From: Squalus acanthias
Taxonomy: Eukaryota
Direction of reading: 5' to 3'
Assembly: GCA_030390025.1 (NCBI GenBank)
Contig: CM059431.1
Span: 156,862,001-156,926,000 of the forward strand
DNA: 64,000 bases
The number at the start of each line of letters is the position of its first letter. Positions within the stretch are counted from its first letter, which is position 1. The translations under genes were made by a program, and so were the position numbers. Shown here one piece after another: positions 51,373-63,983 of this stretch. The notes under the pieces were generated by a model. That model saw only the letters and a list, made by a program, of their open reading frames with translations. It was not told the origin of the DNA and made no database searches.

Positions 51373-51857
51373 TTCAGCTCTTTCAGATTTTATAATTTTA
51401 AGGATTCTTCGAGTTGACAGTAACTCCCCTCGAGAATAAGGTGACATTCGACTCGGTTTGGCAACAAAAGCCCGAGCATTCTGAGGTCAATGTGGATCAA
51501 AGTGAAAACTTCCCGTAGCTCGAAACAATGGATTGCTGTGATGGTTAGCGATTGTGTTGTACGGTGATAGGTTTCGAATTCTTACATTTTGTTTGTAAGC
51601 CTGTGATAAAGGAGATATATGTTTCAAGAATATGTCCAACAGCAGAATGTTAGCGTGTGAGATTCCATTTCGAAGGATTTATTTTAGCAACGCTGCCACA
51701 AGTAGTAAATCTCTAAAATTAAACCGTAATTTCTTACCAGATCTATTATTAATATCTCTGCTTTTCAATATTATTGAACCAATACCCAAAAAACGCGGAG
51801 CGTCATTTTGCTGCAATAAAACAATATAATTGTGCTCAGTATATTCGGGCTCCTTAC

Positions 51858-51938
51858 CTTGTGCTGCGACTCCAGATTCTGATTCCACAGAGTCCGGTTA
51901 ATTTTGCGTTGTGTGTTCTGCAGGTTAATGAACACACC
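51858..51938 (-). pseudogene. Candidate internal exon, copy 2 (81 nt, open: GVFINLQNTQRKINRTLWNQNLESQHK)
   Basis: cccag| and |gtaagg flanks, phase 0-0, no stop. Confidence 0.5.
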
Positions 51939-53717
51939 CTGGGTAAAGATCAATTACACATCACAGTCATAAACAAGAACTTCACCCTGATCAGTACAAT
52001 CCCTCCCCGCCCTGTTCTCTGGTGCAGGACACGATCTGAAGTCCACACGATCGCATTCAGTTTGAAATGTTCAGAGAAATTATTGGCCTTTTAACCAAAT
52101 CATTAATTCTGTGTGTGGTAAAAATGATTAAATCCCACCCCCAGCTCTCCCAACTGTGGTTCTGAAGACCCCGCAGTGAAACCCTGCCCTGTAGCCGGAA
52201 TCAGTTTCCTTTCGATGTCATTACTCACCATAAAACCTGTTTATTGTCGGACAATAAAGGGCGCAGTTGGCAAGGGACAAAAATCGCTGTTAGGTTATTG
52301 GGATCAAATATCAGAGGGAAGGGCCCAGTGAGTTCTCTGAGCTGAAATGTTAATGATTGGAGTTATATTCGCTTTCGATAATTAGCTGTTTCTTTGTCTG
52401 GATTCTAATTCTGTACAAATGAACTATATAACGTATCCCGGCTCGATTCCTCTCGGTACTGAGACTTTGATGATAATAATCTGACCTGCATCTCCGTGAA
52501 TTTGTACAAATCCCGACACCGGGCTGGTTAATGGATATTGTACAATGATGCTCATTCATTAGCAACAGTGCATTGATTATAAAATTCGGGACATTTTCTC
52601 CAGTTCATGAGTAACAGTCTCGGCCTTGATCAGCATGTTCACACCCATGAATTGCAGGCTCCGGGTTTCACTTACTGGAACTGAATCAGCAAATGCGTGC
52701 GGCAAACAAGTGAAACGTTTGCTTTACTAGCCTGTTATACTTTTGTTGGTGTTGCTTTCATTTCATCTTTTCATTTAATGTTTCTTTTAACAGTTTGCCA
52801 GCGGATTTAATTTATTGTGGGTCTGAAAAATTCTGATCGTTAAATGCATGTACAGATTAGCATTTGTTTTAAAGTAATTATTAAAAGTTCATGCTAGCCT
52901 TTGTGATTCCTCCGTATCACATTTCCCTTCCTGTTCCTCTGTGCTGACGCTCCCAACCTGTTTAAGACTTGCCCTGCTTTATGTCTGAAATCCATTACTT
53001 TTACCTGTCTACTTCCACCACCGGTTTTGTACTTGGCCAATAATGATTAAATCCCTCCCCCACCGGTTCCATATTTGTTTCATTGCCATCAGCTCTATGT
53101 CGGATTGTGTCGTAACTTCCCTTCTCCAAATGTACTTTCCATCCCACCTGTTCCATGCCTGAATGTCCCCTGCATCTATAAGCGTTTTCTGTTCTGCAAC
53201 CTTCCTCCAACATAAATCACCCCAAAGTCTTTATTCGTTCCCAAGTTACTGCAATGCAAGTTCTCCGTTGCCCTTTATTTCCTCCTGCAGCCATTCGCCC
53301 ACCTGTTCTTTATCTGATTCTCCTCTCCTTTCCTTTTAACTTGCCCCATGTCTGATTACCTTCCCTGCTCGCTCCCCATTCTGATGCATGTAATTCCCCA
53401 TCCACCACAAATTAAACATCAAAGTTATTCTAAACAATTCTGCGACACGCTAATTTCATGCATAATACAATATTCCCTACATAGCCCAAACATATCCAGA
53501 TACGAACTTGAGAAATGTTAAACTCCGTGGTAAATATTCCAATTGTTGTATTTTCCCTATTTTGCAGTTGTACTAGATTCGGGCTTCATTCCAAGGTTCA
53601 ATTAAGCCAATTTAATTATTCGCTTCTATTTCCCTATTGAATCCATAGTTCACATTTAGATTTATTTAGTGATGGGCGTGTTGTACCTTCCATGCCAGCA
53701 AGGCATATATTGTCTTG

Positions 53718-54960
53718 GAACAGAGGAACAAAGTTAGGTCAGTCAGCCGTTGGCCACTGCTTCGCCATTGAGTAAGATCATGGCTGATCTGCACCTCAAC
53801 TCCATTTACCCGGCATTAGAACAAATGCCTTGATATGCTTCCCTAAAAAAAACAGTATCGATCTCAGTCTTGAAATTCCAATTCTCCCAACATCCTTAGA
53901 TTGTTGGGGGAGTGCATTCCAAATTTCCACTGTGTGAAAAAGTACTTCCTAAATTGCCCGGCTCTAATTTAAGATCTTGATTCCATTTTCCTGATATTCC
54001 ATAAGAGGAAACAATTTATCTCTCTCTATCCTATCGTATTATTTCAACATTTTAATCACCTCGATCAGATCACTCATCGAGCATCTACAATCAATAGAAT
54101 AAAAGCCAGATTTATGCGACCTGTCAATCTGAGAGTTTACTATTGACAGCCCACTCTGTCTCTTCATTCCTTCACCATTTCGAACCCAGTTCGATACCCT
54201 CTCACTTTGCCAATTACATTATGTGTGAAACCTTATCGAATGGCTTCTGGAAGTTCACACATATAACATCCATAGACACACCTTTGTCTATCTTTTTTGC
54301 GATTTCCGCAAACACTCAACTGGATTAGGCAGATATGATATATCTTTAATAAGTCGCGTTGGCTTTCTATGATCAGCTTATATTTTCTCCAGTATTCACT
54401 CACTCTATCCTTAATGACAGATTATGGTAGCTTCCCATAACCGCGTTAAACAGACACGCCTGTAGTTACCTGGTTTCTCCATCTCACCCATCTCAAATAA
54501 TGGAGTGAAGATAACAATATCCGTGTATGACGGCACAATTCCCGAATCAAGAGCCATTGAACGATTATGACTAACAATACTGCAATTCCCAGAGGAATTT
54601 ATTTTTGTACCCCGGGTGGCTGTCATCGTGTCCTGGAAATGGATCCAGCCTAAGATCAATAATTCATCCATTACCATTTTTAAAAATATTAATACAGTAA
54701 ATTCCATCCCATGATTCATTTTAGTGTCCAATCTATCATTGGTGTATAATTCTCTTCCTCTACTTTGAAAACAGATACAAAGTATTCATCAATAATTTTG
54801 CTATGAACAAGTGAGCTCTAATCTTATCACCGGTGTATGTCTTTAATGGACCCACATCTCCCTCAACACCTCTCTTACACGTAATATAAGTATGCATATT
54901 TTAAAATATTAGCTTTTCTGTTACTTGCCCCTTTTCCGTAGCCCCTTTTTGTAGCTCTTA
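53718..54960 (-). mobile_element. Old, heavily decayed CR1
   Basis: TPLFE.GE.EKPGNYRRVCLT in ORF 54411-54731; DFQKPFDKV-coding sequence near 54230. Confidence 0.78.
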
Positions 54961-54964
54961 ATGG

Positions 54965-55235
54965 AGAGACTGTAGAAATGGCCAAAACATGTCAGATGCA
55001 AACTAATGTGGCTAAGTCTGTGAGATGCACTTTGGCAGGAACAACAGGGAGAGGCCGCATAATCTGCTTGTTGCTATTTTAAACTGGGACAAGAGCAGAA
55101 GACCTGGGCTACATATCCACACATATTTAATGGTGGCAGGGCAAGTTGATAATGTGGTTAAGAAAGAGCATGTGTATATTGGCTTCGTAAATAGTGGCAT
55201 TGAATACAAAAACAAGCTAAAGCTTGTTTTAAATA
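54965..55235 (+). mobile_element. CR1 RT fragment
   Basis: MHFGRNN...QVDNVVKK...GFVNSGIEYK. Confidence 0.75.
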
Positions 55236-55704
55236 TTTAGTGAATGAACGTTTATGTCTTTAATTAATTTAGATTACAGTTTAGTTTGTAATTAATTACC
55301 ATATCTAGTTAAAGTTCTAGGTAGACGAAATTAAATTATTACCTGCAAAATGCAGCACTCCAAGTATTAGAGGCAAAGAGCAGTACCTCCTTCCCCCTCT
55401 GCTCCGAATTCCTACTCTCTAAATTTCCCATGTTTGAACAGTCTGTTTCGAAGCATTCTGTTTAAGAACCTCCGTGCTGACCACTCTGCGCATCTGCAAA
55501 TACTGTTTACTTTTATATCTTTGGAGCCACACTCAAGTTACAAGTACAGTCTCAGCTTCCTATCACAGTAATTTATTTTTTATTCGTTTAAGGGATGTCA
55601 TCGTCCCTGACAAGGCCAACATTTATTGCCCATCCCTAATTGGCCTTGAGAAGGTGTTGGTGAGCAGCTTTCTTGAACCGCTGCAGTCCTTGTGATGACG
55701 GTAC

Positions 55705-57575
55705 CATGGGTTGGGGCCTATTAGAGACAAAGAAGGTGATATATGCTTATGATACAGGGCAAGTCTCCTGATCCAGTGGGTTGCATCACAGGTTACTAAG
55801 GGAATTAGGGGAGGAGATCGCAGAAGGGCCTGCCATTATTTTCCAATTTTCCCCAGATTCTGGGGAGGTGCCTGAGGATTGGAAAGTGGCAAATGTGACA
55901 CCATTGTTCAAGAAAGGGTGTAAGGACAATGCTACTAAATACAGGCCGGTCAGTTTAACATCAGTGATGGCTAAGGTTTTAGAAACAATAATCAAGGCAA
56001 AATTAACGGACATTTGGAGAGGTTTAAGCAAATCAAGTGGAGCCAACACGGGAGTGTAAAAGGAAGCTGGTTTTTGACTTATCTAATTGAATTTTGTGAT
56101 CGAGTAACAACGTGGATTGATGAAGGGAATGCAATGGATGTTGCCTACAAGGATTGTCGGAAGGCTTTTAGCAAAGTGCCACATAGAATGCTGGTTAGCA
56201 AAATTGAACCTCATGGAATAGGTGGGTCAGTGGCAGATTGGATACGGAATTGGCTTAATGATAGAAAACAGCGAGTTGTGGTAAATTGCTGTTTTTCATA
56301 CTGGTGGATGGCAGACAGAGATGTTCTCCAAGGGTCAGGGCTGGTGCCACTGCCTTTTTTGATATATATAAATGACCTGGATATTGGAATACAGATTATA
56401 ATTTCTAAATTTGCCGCTAACACCCAATTTGTGGGTGTGGTAAACAGTGATGACCATATGCATCGACTGCAACAGGACATAGAAAGGAGAGCAAAATTGG
56501 CAGTCAACTGGCAGATGGAATTTAATACAGAGAAGTGTGAGGTGATGCATTTTGGCAGAAAGAACAGGGATGGTCAATATACACTTGATGGCACAGTTTA
56601 AAGAGTGTGCAGTGACAGAGGGACCTGGGAGTTAATGTGCATAGTTCCCTGAAGGTGGCAGTACATATTGAGAGAGTGGTTAGGAAAGCATATGGGATCT
56701 GGGGCTTCATAAATAGAGGTCATGATGTGGAGATGCCGGCGTTGGACTGTCTCAAGACACATCTCATTGTCTTGGCTGTGCTCTTTGTTGTAGCGAATAA
56801 TGTGAATAGATTTTGTCTGGGTTTAAATTGTGAATTCTGGAAGATTCTCTCATTGCTAACTTACCTGACGAAGGAGCGACAGCTCCGAAAGCTTGTAAAA
56901 TTAAATAAATCTGTTGGACTATAACCTGGTGTTGTGCGACTTCTCATTTTCATAAATAGAGATATTGAGTACAAAAGTAGAGAAGTTATGCTGAACATTT
57001 ATAAAGCGCTGCTAATGCGACAATTGGAGCATTGCGTCCAGTTCTGTACTTCACAGTTTAGGGAGGATGTGAAGGCCCTTGAGAGGTTGCAGAAGAGATT
57101 TACCAGATTGGTTCCGGGCATGGGTGATCTCAGCTACAAGGACAGGTTGCAGAAGCTACATTTGTTTTCATTAGAGCAAAGGTACTGGAGGGGTGATATT
57201 CGATAGAGGTGTACAAGATTATGACGGGTTTGGATAGGCTAGACGGGGAAAGGCTGTTCCCACTAGTTGATGGTACAAGGACTAGGTGATACATGTTTAA
57301 GGTTAAGGGCACGAGATACAGGGGGAATGTGAGGAAAAACTTGTTTTCACAGCGAGTGGTGATGATCTGGAATGCGCTTTCTACGGAAGTGATGGAATCA
57401 GAGACACTCAATGTTTTCAAGGGGAGACTGGATAGGCACTTGAGGGAAATAACTTGCAGGGCTACGGAGATAGAGAGGGAGAATGGGAATTACTCGATTA
57501 CTCTACAGAGATCCGGCACGGAACCAATGAGCCGAACGGCCTCCTTCTGTGCCGTAATGACTTCATGACTATGAT
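55705..57575 (+). mobile_element. CR1 LINE (same family as 6406-10680), interrupted by a Penelope remnant
   Basis: VPEDWKVANVTPLFKKG..YRPVSLTSV, KAFSKVPH, IYINDLD..SKFA, FSQRVVMIWNAL and an (ATGACT)-type tail. Confidence 0.93.
56719..56948 (+). mobile_element. Penelope 3' remnant with hammerhead motif and short inverted tail
   Basis: TSD TTCATAAATAGAG at 56706-56718 and 56949-56961; TTAC-CTGACGA-A-GGAGC-GACA-GCTCC-GAAA-GCTT-GTAA at 56861-56898. Confidence 0.85.
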
Positions 57576-57579
57576 CTCA

Positions 57580-58590
57580 ATTAAATCACCCCTTAATCGT
57601 TTATATACAAGGGAATACAAAGGTAGTCTGTACATTCAGTACTCGTAACTGAACCATTTTAGCCTCGCTATCATTCTGGTGCAAATTAACTGCACCCTCG
57701 ATAAGGCCGTTATGTCCTTCGTGATGTCCAGGGCCCAGAAATTAAAACGGAAATCACAATGGGATCTAATCAGAGCTCTGTACAGCTGTAGCAGAACTTC
57801 TAGAAGTTTGTATTCCAGCCCTCTTGATATAAAGGACAATATTCGATTTGACTGTTTCCTTCCTTTGGACTTACATAGATACATAGATACATAGAAGATA
57901 GGAGCAGGAGTAGGCCATCCGGCCCTTCGAGCCTGCTCCGCCATTTAATGAGATCATGGCTGATCCTTCAATTCAGTATCCCGTCCCCGCCTTCTCTCCG
58001 TAACCCTTAACCCCTTTTGCCTGTAGAAAAATATCTAATTCCCTCTTAAATATATTTAATGAGCTGGCGTACACTGCCCTCTGTGGCAATGAGTTCCACA
58101 GGTTCACCACCCTCTGAGTGAAGAAATTCCCCCTCATTTCTGTCCTAAATGGTTTAGCCCTTATCCTTAAATTATGTCCTCTAGTTCTGTTCTCACCCGC
58201 CAAGGGAAACATTCCTTCTGCATCTAGTCTGTCTAGACCTGTCAGAATTTTATACACTTCTATGAGGTCCCCTCTCAATCTTCTAAACTCCAGTGTGTAC
58301 ATCCCTAAACTAAATAGTCTCTCCTCATAGGTCAATCCCGCCATTCCTGGTATCAGCCTGGTGAATCGCCGCTGCACCCCCTCCATGGCAAGAACATCTT
58401 TCCTCAGATGAGGCGACCAAAACTGTACACAGTTATCGACTATCTTTTACTGATTGCCGTACTCGGAACCCAAGTCTCTCTGCTTATCCACAGTTCCTAG
58501 CTTCTAGCCATTTAGAAAATATTCTGATCTTTCTTTTTCAGGTCGGAAGTGATGGAGCTCACACTTTCCCACATTGATCTCCATCTGCCA
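57580..58590 (-). mobile_element. Old CR1 fragment containing a younger CR1 3' end at 57873-58430
   Basis: ORF 57973-58386 is an intact CR1 ORF2 C-terminus with a (CTATGTAT)n tail; decayed CR1 sequence flanks it on both sides. Confidence 0.88.
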
Positions 58591-58599
58591 CAGTTTTGC

Positions 58600-59192
58600 C
58601 CAGAGAGTGCAAAATCAAGGAAATTAGCCTCAACGTTCATCAATCACTGGCTTCAGCTGGAGTATTGTATCCAATTATATCGTCACAGTTTAAGAAGGCT
58701 TTCGAGGCATTGGAGAGGATGCAGAGGATATTTGCTGAAATGGTAAAACGATGAGGAACTTCAGTTACGTGGAGAGACTGGAGAAGCTGGAATTAATCGC
58801 CTTGGAGCAGAGAAGATTAAGGGATATTTAAAAGATGTGTTAAAATTTTGAATCTTCTCTGACAGAGTAAATAAGGGGAAACTGTTTTCACTGGCAACAG
58901 GGTCGGTCAACAGAGGACACAGATTTAATGCAATTGGCAAAACTGCCAGAGGTGAGATGAGACGAGGTTTGTTTTGGAGTCAAATAATTATGATCTGGAA
59001 TGCGCTGCCTGAAAGGGTGGAAGCAGAAGCAACATCAACTTTTAAAAGGGAATTAGATAAATACTTGCAGGGAATATATTCTGGGGCTCAGGGGAAAGAG
59101 CAGGAGTGTGGGCCTAACTGGTTTGCTCTTTCAATGATCCGGTCCAGGCTCGATAGGCCGAATGGCCGCCTTCTCTGCTGGATGATTCTATG
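58600..59192 (+). mobile_element. Old CR1 3' fragment
   Basis: QLEYCIQ, MIWNALPERVEAE..STFKRELDKYL, GGCCGAATGGCC and an ATGATTCTATG tail. Confidence 0.82.
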
Positions 59193-59472
59193 AGAGCGAC
59201 CCCTTACTCTGTGTTCCTAAGCGTGTAATAAACGATATATAAACTGGAATACTATTTACAGCAGCAGAATTTTAAATTGTGAAATTTTGTTTGGAAGTGT
59301 CATTCCGTTAAATGACGCAACTTCCAGTAAATCAATTTCTCAAAATTCCTCCTGTTACCAGTCCATTATTGTTCTGTTAACTTGACTCTATCTTTGAACT
59401 ACTACAAAAATAAACGGCAATTTCGCTAAATTAAATCACTATAATGTTGCTCAGTGTATTCCGGGTCCTTAC

Positions 59473-59553
59473 CTTGTGCTGCGGCTCCTGATTCTGGTTC
59501 CAGAGAGGCTGGGTAAGTTAACGTTGTATGTTTTGCAGGTTGTTGAACGCACC
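59473..59553 (-). pseudogene. Candidate internal exon, copy 3 (81 nt, in-frame stop: GAFNNLQNIQR*LTQPLWNQNQEPQHK)
   Basis: tctttgcccag| and |gtaagg conserved. Confidence 0.45.
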
Positions 59554-59571
59554 CTGGGCAAAGATCAGTTA

Positions 59572-59800
59572 TGATGCGGAGATGCCGGTGTTGGACTGGG
59601 GTGGACAAAATTGAGAGGTCGCACAAAACCAGATTATAGTCCAACAGTTTTATTTGAAATCACAAGCTTTCGGAGCTATCGATCGCCCCTTCCTCAGGTG
59701 AAGTAGTACTTCACCTGAGGAAGGGGCGATCGATAGCTCCGAAAGCTTGTGATTTCAAATAAAACTGTTGGACTATAACCTGGTGTTGTGCGACCTCTCA
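59572..59800. mobile_element. Palindromic Penelope-derived mini-insertion with hammerhead motifs on both strands
   Basis: About 94-bp arms centred on 59706, a 40-nt tail, 12-bp TSD AAAGATCAGTTA at 59560-59571 and 59801-59812; empty sites in both paralogues. Confidence 0.9.
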
Positions 59801-60479
59801 AAAGATCAGTTACACATTACAGTCATAAACACAACCTTCAGCCTGATCAGTACAATCCCTTCCCGGCCTGTTCTCTGGATCTGAATCACATACGGTCTCA
59901 TTCAAATTAAATTGTTCTGATAAATTACTGACCTTTTAACCAAAGTGATTAATCCTCTGTGTCGTAACATGAATGCATTTCCCACAGCTCTTCCATCTGC
60001 GGTTCAGAAGACACCGCAGTGAAACCGCGTTCTGTCGCCAGAATCAATTTCAGATGCCCAATTATATTTCATTATTCACAATAAATTTTATTTATTATCG
60101 GACGAGAAAAAGGCAGAGATGGCAAATGACAATGATCGCTGATTAGAATCTCCGAAAATAGTCTGTAGTTAATGAGAAACAGTCGGGGCCTTGATCAGGA
60201 TGTTCACTCCCGTGAATATCAGGCTCTGGGTTTCACTTACTGGAACTGAATCAGGAAATGTGTGCCGAAAATAAGTGAAACTTTAGCGTCATTGGCCAGT
60301 TAACTTTTAGTGGCCGTGATTTAATTTCACATTTTCATGTAAACTGTATTTTAATAATTTGGAAATGGATTCAATTCATTATGAGACTGGGAAACTCTGA
60401 ATATTAAATTCATATCCTAATTAACATTTGTATTTAATGTAAATCTTTAAATTTCGGGCTAATTTTTGCGACTGCTCCG

Positions 60480-63285
60480 TGTGAAATAGATGGCAGAGTT
60501 GACGGCATAAATTGAAATAAATGGGTATTATCTGATAACCATTACAGATATGTGGTTGCAAGTTGACCGAATCTGGGAACTGAATATTCAGGGTAATTGA
60601 CATTTAGGGATGATAGGCAGTACGGAAAAGGAGGTGGGGTAGCTCTGTTAATAAAGGATGAGATCAGTGCAGTAATGAGAAATGATATTGATTCAGGAGA
60701 TCAAGATGAAGAATCGGTTTGGCTGTAGATAAGAAATAGTAAGGGAAATAAGTCACTAGAGGGTTAATCTCTACGCCCGCTAACAGCAGATACACCGTAG
60801 GACAGAGTATAAGTCAGGAAATAATAGGGGGTTGTAGGAAAGGAACTGCGATAATCATGGGCGTTTTTAATCTTAACATAGTTTGGACGAATCAAATTAG
60901 CAAGGGTAGCCTTGAGGACGAGTTCACAGAATGTAATCGGGATGTTTTCTTAGAACAATAAGTTGTGGCACCAACCAGGGAGCAGCCTATTTTAGATCTG
61001 GTAATCTGTAATAAAACAAGATTATGTAATGAACTCATAGTAGAGGATCCTCTTTGGAAGAGCGATCATAACATGAGAGAATTTCAATTTCAATTTAAGG
61101 ATGAGAAACTTGGCTCTGAATAAAGTTTCCTCGACTTAAAAAAAGGCAATTACAAAGGTATGAAGAGGGATTTGGCTAAAGTGAGCTGGGAAAATAGGTT
61201 AAAAGGTAATTGGTGTGTAAGCAGTGGCAGACATTTAAGGAGATATTCCATAACTCTCAGCAACGGTTTATTCCAGTGAGAAAGAACGACTCTATGAGAA
61301 GGATGAACCATCCGTGGCTAACTAAGGAAGTTAAGGATGGTATCAAATTGAAAGTAAAGGCTCACAATTTTACGAAGTTTAGAAACTAGCGAAGTGTGAG
61401 TAAAACATAATAATAAAAAGGGACATGTTAGATTATGAAAGTAAACTAGCAAAAATATAAAAACAGACAGTAAGATCTTCTACAGGTATATAAAAAAGAA
61501 GAGCTTAGCTAAAGTAAAGGTTGTTCCCTAACTGGATGAGACTTGCAAAATAATAATGGGAAAGAGGTGAATGGCAGAGACTTTTAATACATTTTTTGTG
61601 TCGGTTTTCATGGTAGAACACACTGAAAGCATCCCTATAATAATTATTTTCAAAGGGGCTAAGGAGAGGGAGGAACTTAAAAAATGACTATCACTAGAGA
61701 AAATATACTAGACAAACTAATGGGACTAAAGGCTGACAATTCCCTGGACCTGATGTCCTACATCCCAGGGTCTTACAATAAGTGGCTTCAGAGAAAATTA
61801 ATGTTTTTGTTGTAATCTACCAAAATTCCCTTGATTCTGGAGAGGTCCTAGCGGATTGTTAAACCGCAAATATAACGCCGCTATTCCAGAAAGGAGGGAG
61901 GCAGAAAGCACGAAACTATAGATCAATTAGCCTACCATCTGTCTTTGGGAAAATGCTGGAATCCATTATTAAGGAGGTAATAGCTGGACATTTATAAAAT
62001 AATATTACAATCAAGCAAAGTCAACATGACTTTATGAAAGGGAAATCATGTTTGCCAAATTTATTAGAGTTCTTTGAGGAAATAACGAACAGGGTGGATA
62101 AAGATAAATCAATAGATGCAGTATATTTGGTTTTCCGGAAGGCATTCGATAAGGTGCAATCAATAAAAGGTCACTGCACAAGATAAGAGCTCAAGGGGTT
62201 GGGGGTAATATATTAGCATGGACAGAGGATTGGGTAACTAACATAAATCAAACAGTCGCGATGAATCTGGCAAAGTGTAACAAGTGGGGTGCCACAGGGA
62301 TCAATACTGAGGCCTCATCTATGTACAATCTATTTCAATGACTTGGATGAAGGGACCGAGTGTATTGCAGCCAAATTTGCTGTTGATACAAAGATAGGTG
62401 GGAAAGCATGTTATGAGGAGTACGCAAAGAGTCTGCAAAGGGATATAGATATATTAGGTGAGTGAGCAAAAAATTGGCAGATTGAGTATAATGTGGGAAA
62501 ATGTGAGGTATTCAAATTTGGTTGTAAGAATAAAAACGCAAATTATTATTTAAATGGAGTGAGACTCAAAATATTCCAATACAAAGGGATCTGCGGTTTC
62601 TCGTACATGAAAGCCAAAATGTTAGCATGCAAGTACAGCAAGTAATTAGGAAGGCACATGGAATGTTGGCATTTATTGCAAGGGGGATGGAGTATACAAG
62701 TAGGGAAGTCTGCTACATTTTTACAAGGTGCTGGTGTGACTACACCTGCAATACTGCGTGCAGTGTTAGTCTCCTATTTAAGAAGGGATATACTTGCATA
62801 GGAGAAAGTTCAGAGAAGGTTACAAAGATTGATTAAGAGATGAAAGGGTTGTCTTATGAAGAAGGTGTGAGCAGGTTGGGCCTGTACTCATTGGAGTTCA
62901 GACCAATGAGAGGGAATCATATTGAAACATAAAATATTCTGATGGATTTTGACAGGGCAGATGCAGGGAGGATGTTACCCCTCGTGGGGCTATATAGAAC
63001 TAGGGTGCATAGTTTCAGAATAAGGGTTTCGCCCATTTAAAACGGAGATGAAGAGGATTTTATTTTCCCTGAAGGTCGTGAATCTTTGGAATTCTATACC
63101 CCATAGAGTTGTTGAGGCAGATTCATTTAATATATTCAAGGTAGAGATAGGCATATATTTGAACTACAAGGAAGTCAAGAGTTAGGGGGCGCGGGCGGGA
63201 AAGTAGACTTCAGGCCTTGGTCAGATGAGCCATGATCTTATTGAATGGACTAGTCCTGCTCCTATTTCTTACGTTCATATGTTCT
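60480..63285 (+). mobile_element. CR1 LINE, most of ORF2 with many stops and frameshifts
   Basis: GGGVALLIKD, NYRSISL, MKGKSCL.NLLEFFE, KAFDKV, GVPQGS, KFA.DTK and MQVQQVIRKAHGMLAFIARG, followed by a CR1 3' UTR. Confidence 0.93.
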
Positions 63286-63817
63286 GATGTCTCATTCCCC
63301 TTCCTGCGTCTCTGTGTTGCGGCTCCAGCTGCTCTGTGTCTGAAATCCCTGCCTTTTACCTGTCTACTGCCCCCACCGGTGCTGTGCCTGGTCTTTAATG
63401 TTTGTGTCCCTCCCACACAGGTTCAATTTCTGTATTTCCCCTGTTTCCATTCCTATGAGTTATATGTCTTATCCTGTCGTAACCTTCCTTCCTCAAAACA
63501 CTTTGCATCGCAACTGCTCCACACCTGAATGTCCCCCCACATCTTTAACTGCCTCCTGCTCAACAATTTTCCTCCACCCCTAAATATCTCCCACTAACCT
63601 TTATTCCTCCCCACCTGCTGCAATCCTAATTTTACCATTGCCTTTTCATTCCTCCAGCTCCGTGCCCGATTATTCCAACATCCGTCTGCCTTCCTGCTCT
63701 ATATTTGATTCTCCCTCTCCTTTCATTTCCACCTGCCCCATGTCTGATTACCTTCCCTGCTTCCTTCCCCATCCTGCTGCATGGATAATTTTCCATTCAC
63801 CACAAAAATTTTGTAAC

Positions 63818-63983
63818 AGCTGGAAATGCTGTAAACACTCAGCAGGTCAGGCTGCATCTTTCGAAAGAGAAAGATTTAACGATTCAGGTCGATGATCTTT
63901 CGTCAGACCTGCCTGACTTGGTGAGCATGTCCAGCATTCTCTGTTTATATTTCAGATTTCCAGCATCCGCCGTATTTTACTTT
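63818..63983. mobile_element. Small inverted Penelope terminal-repeat remnant (family of 7662-9133) with degenerate minus-strand hammerhead
   Basis: Inverted arms around 63907; the minus strand reads CTGACGAAAGATCATCGACCTGAATCGTTAA. Confidence 0.75.

Larger units (their letters stand above)
42547..54036 (+). other. Segmental duplication unit B
   Basis: Junction CCTATCG|AACTAAATTT at about 42546 joins the sequence seen at 54030 to that seen at 16550. Confidence 0.93.
59200..63810 (+). other. Older partial third paralogue of the unique segment 40090-41930, split by a CR1
   Basis: 59200-60460 aligns to 40090-41390, and 63290-63810 aligns to 41430-41920. Confidence 0.85.

Noticed and set aside
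51679..51888. Ig/TCR V-like fragments (QGKEPEY, near-YYC)
   Set aside because: No conserved first Cys or Trp, and the YYC-like bases need a frameshift and are not conserved in the other two paralogues.
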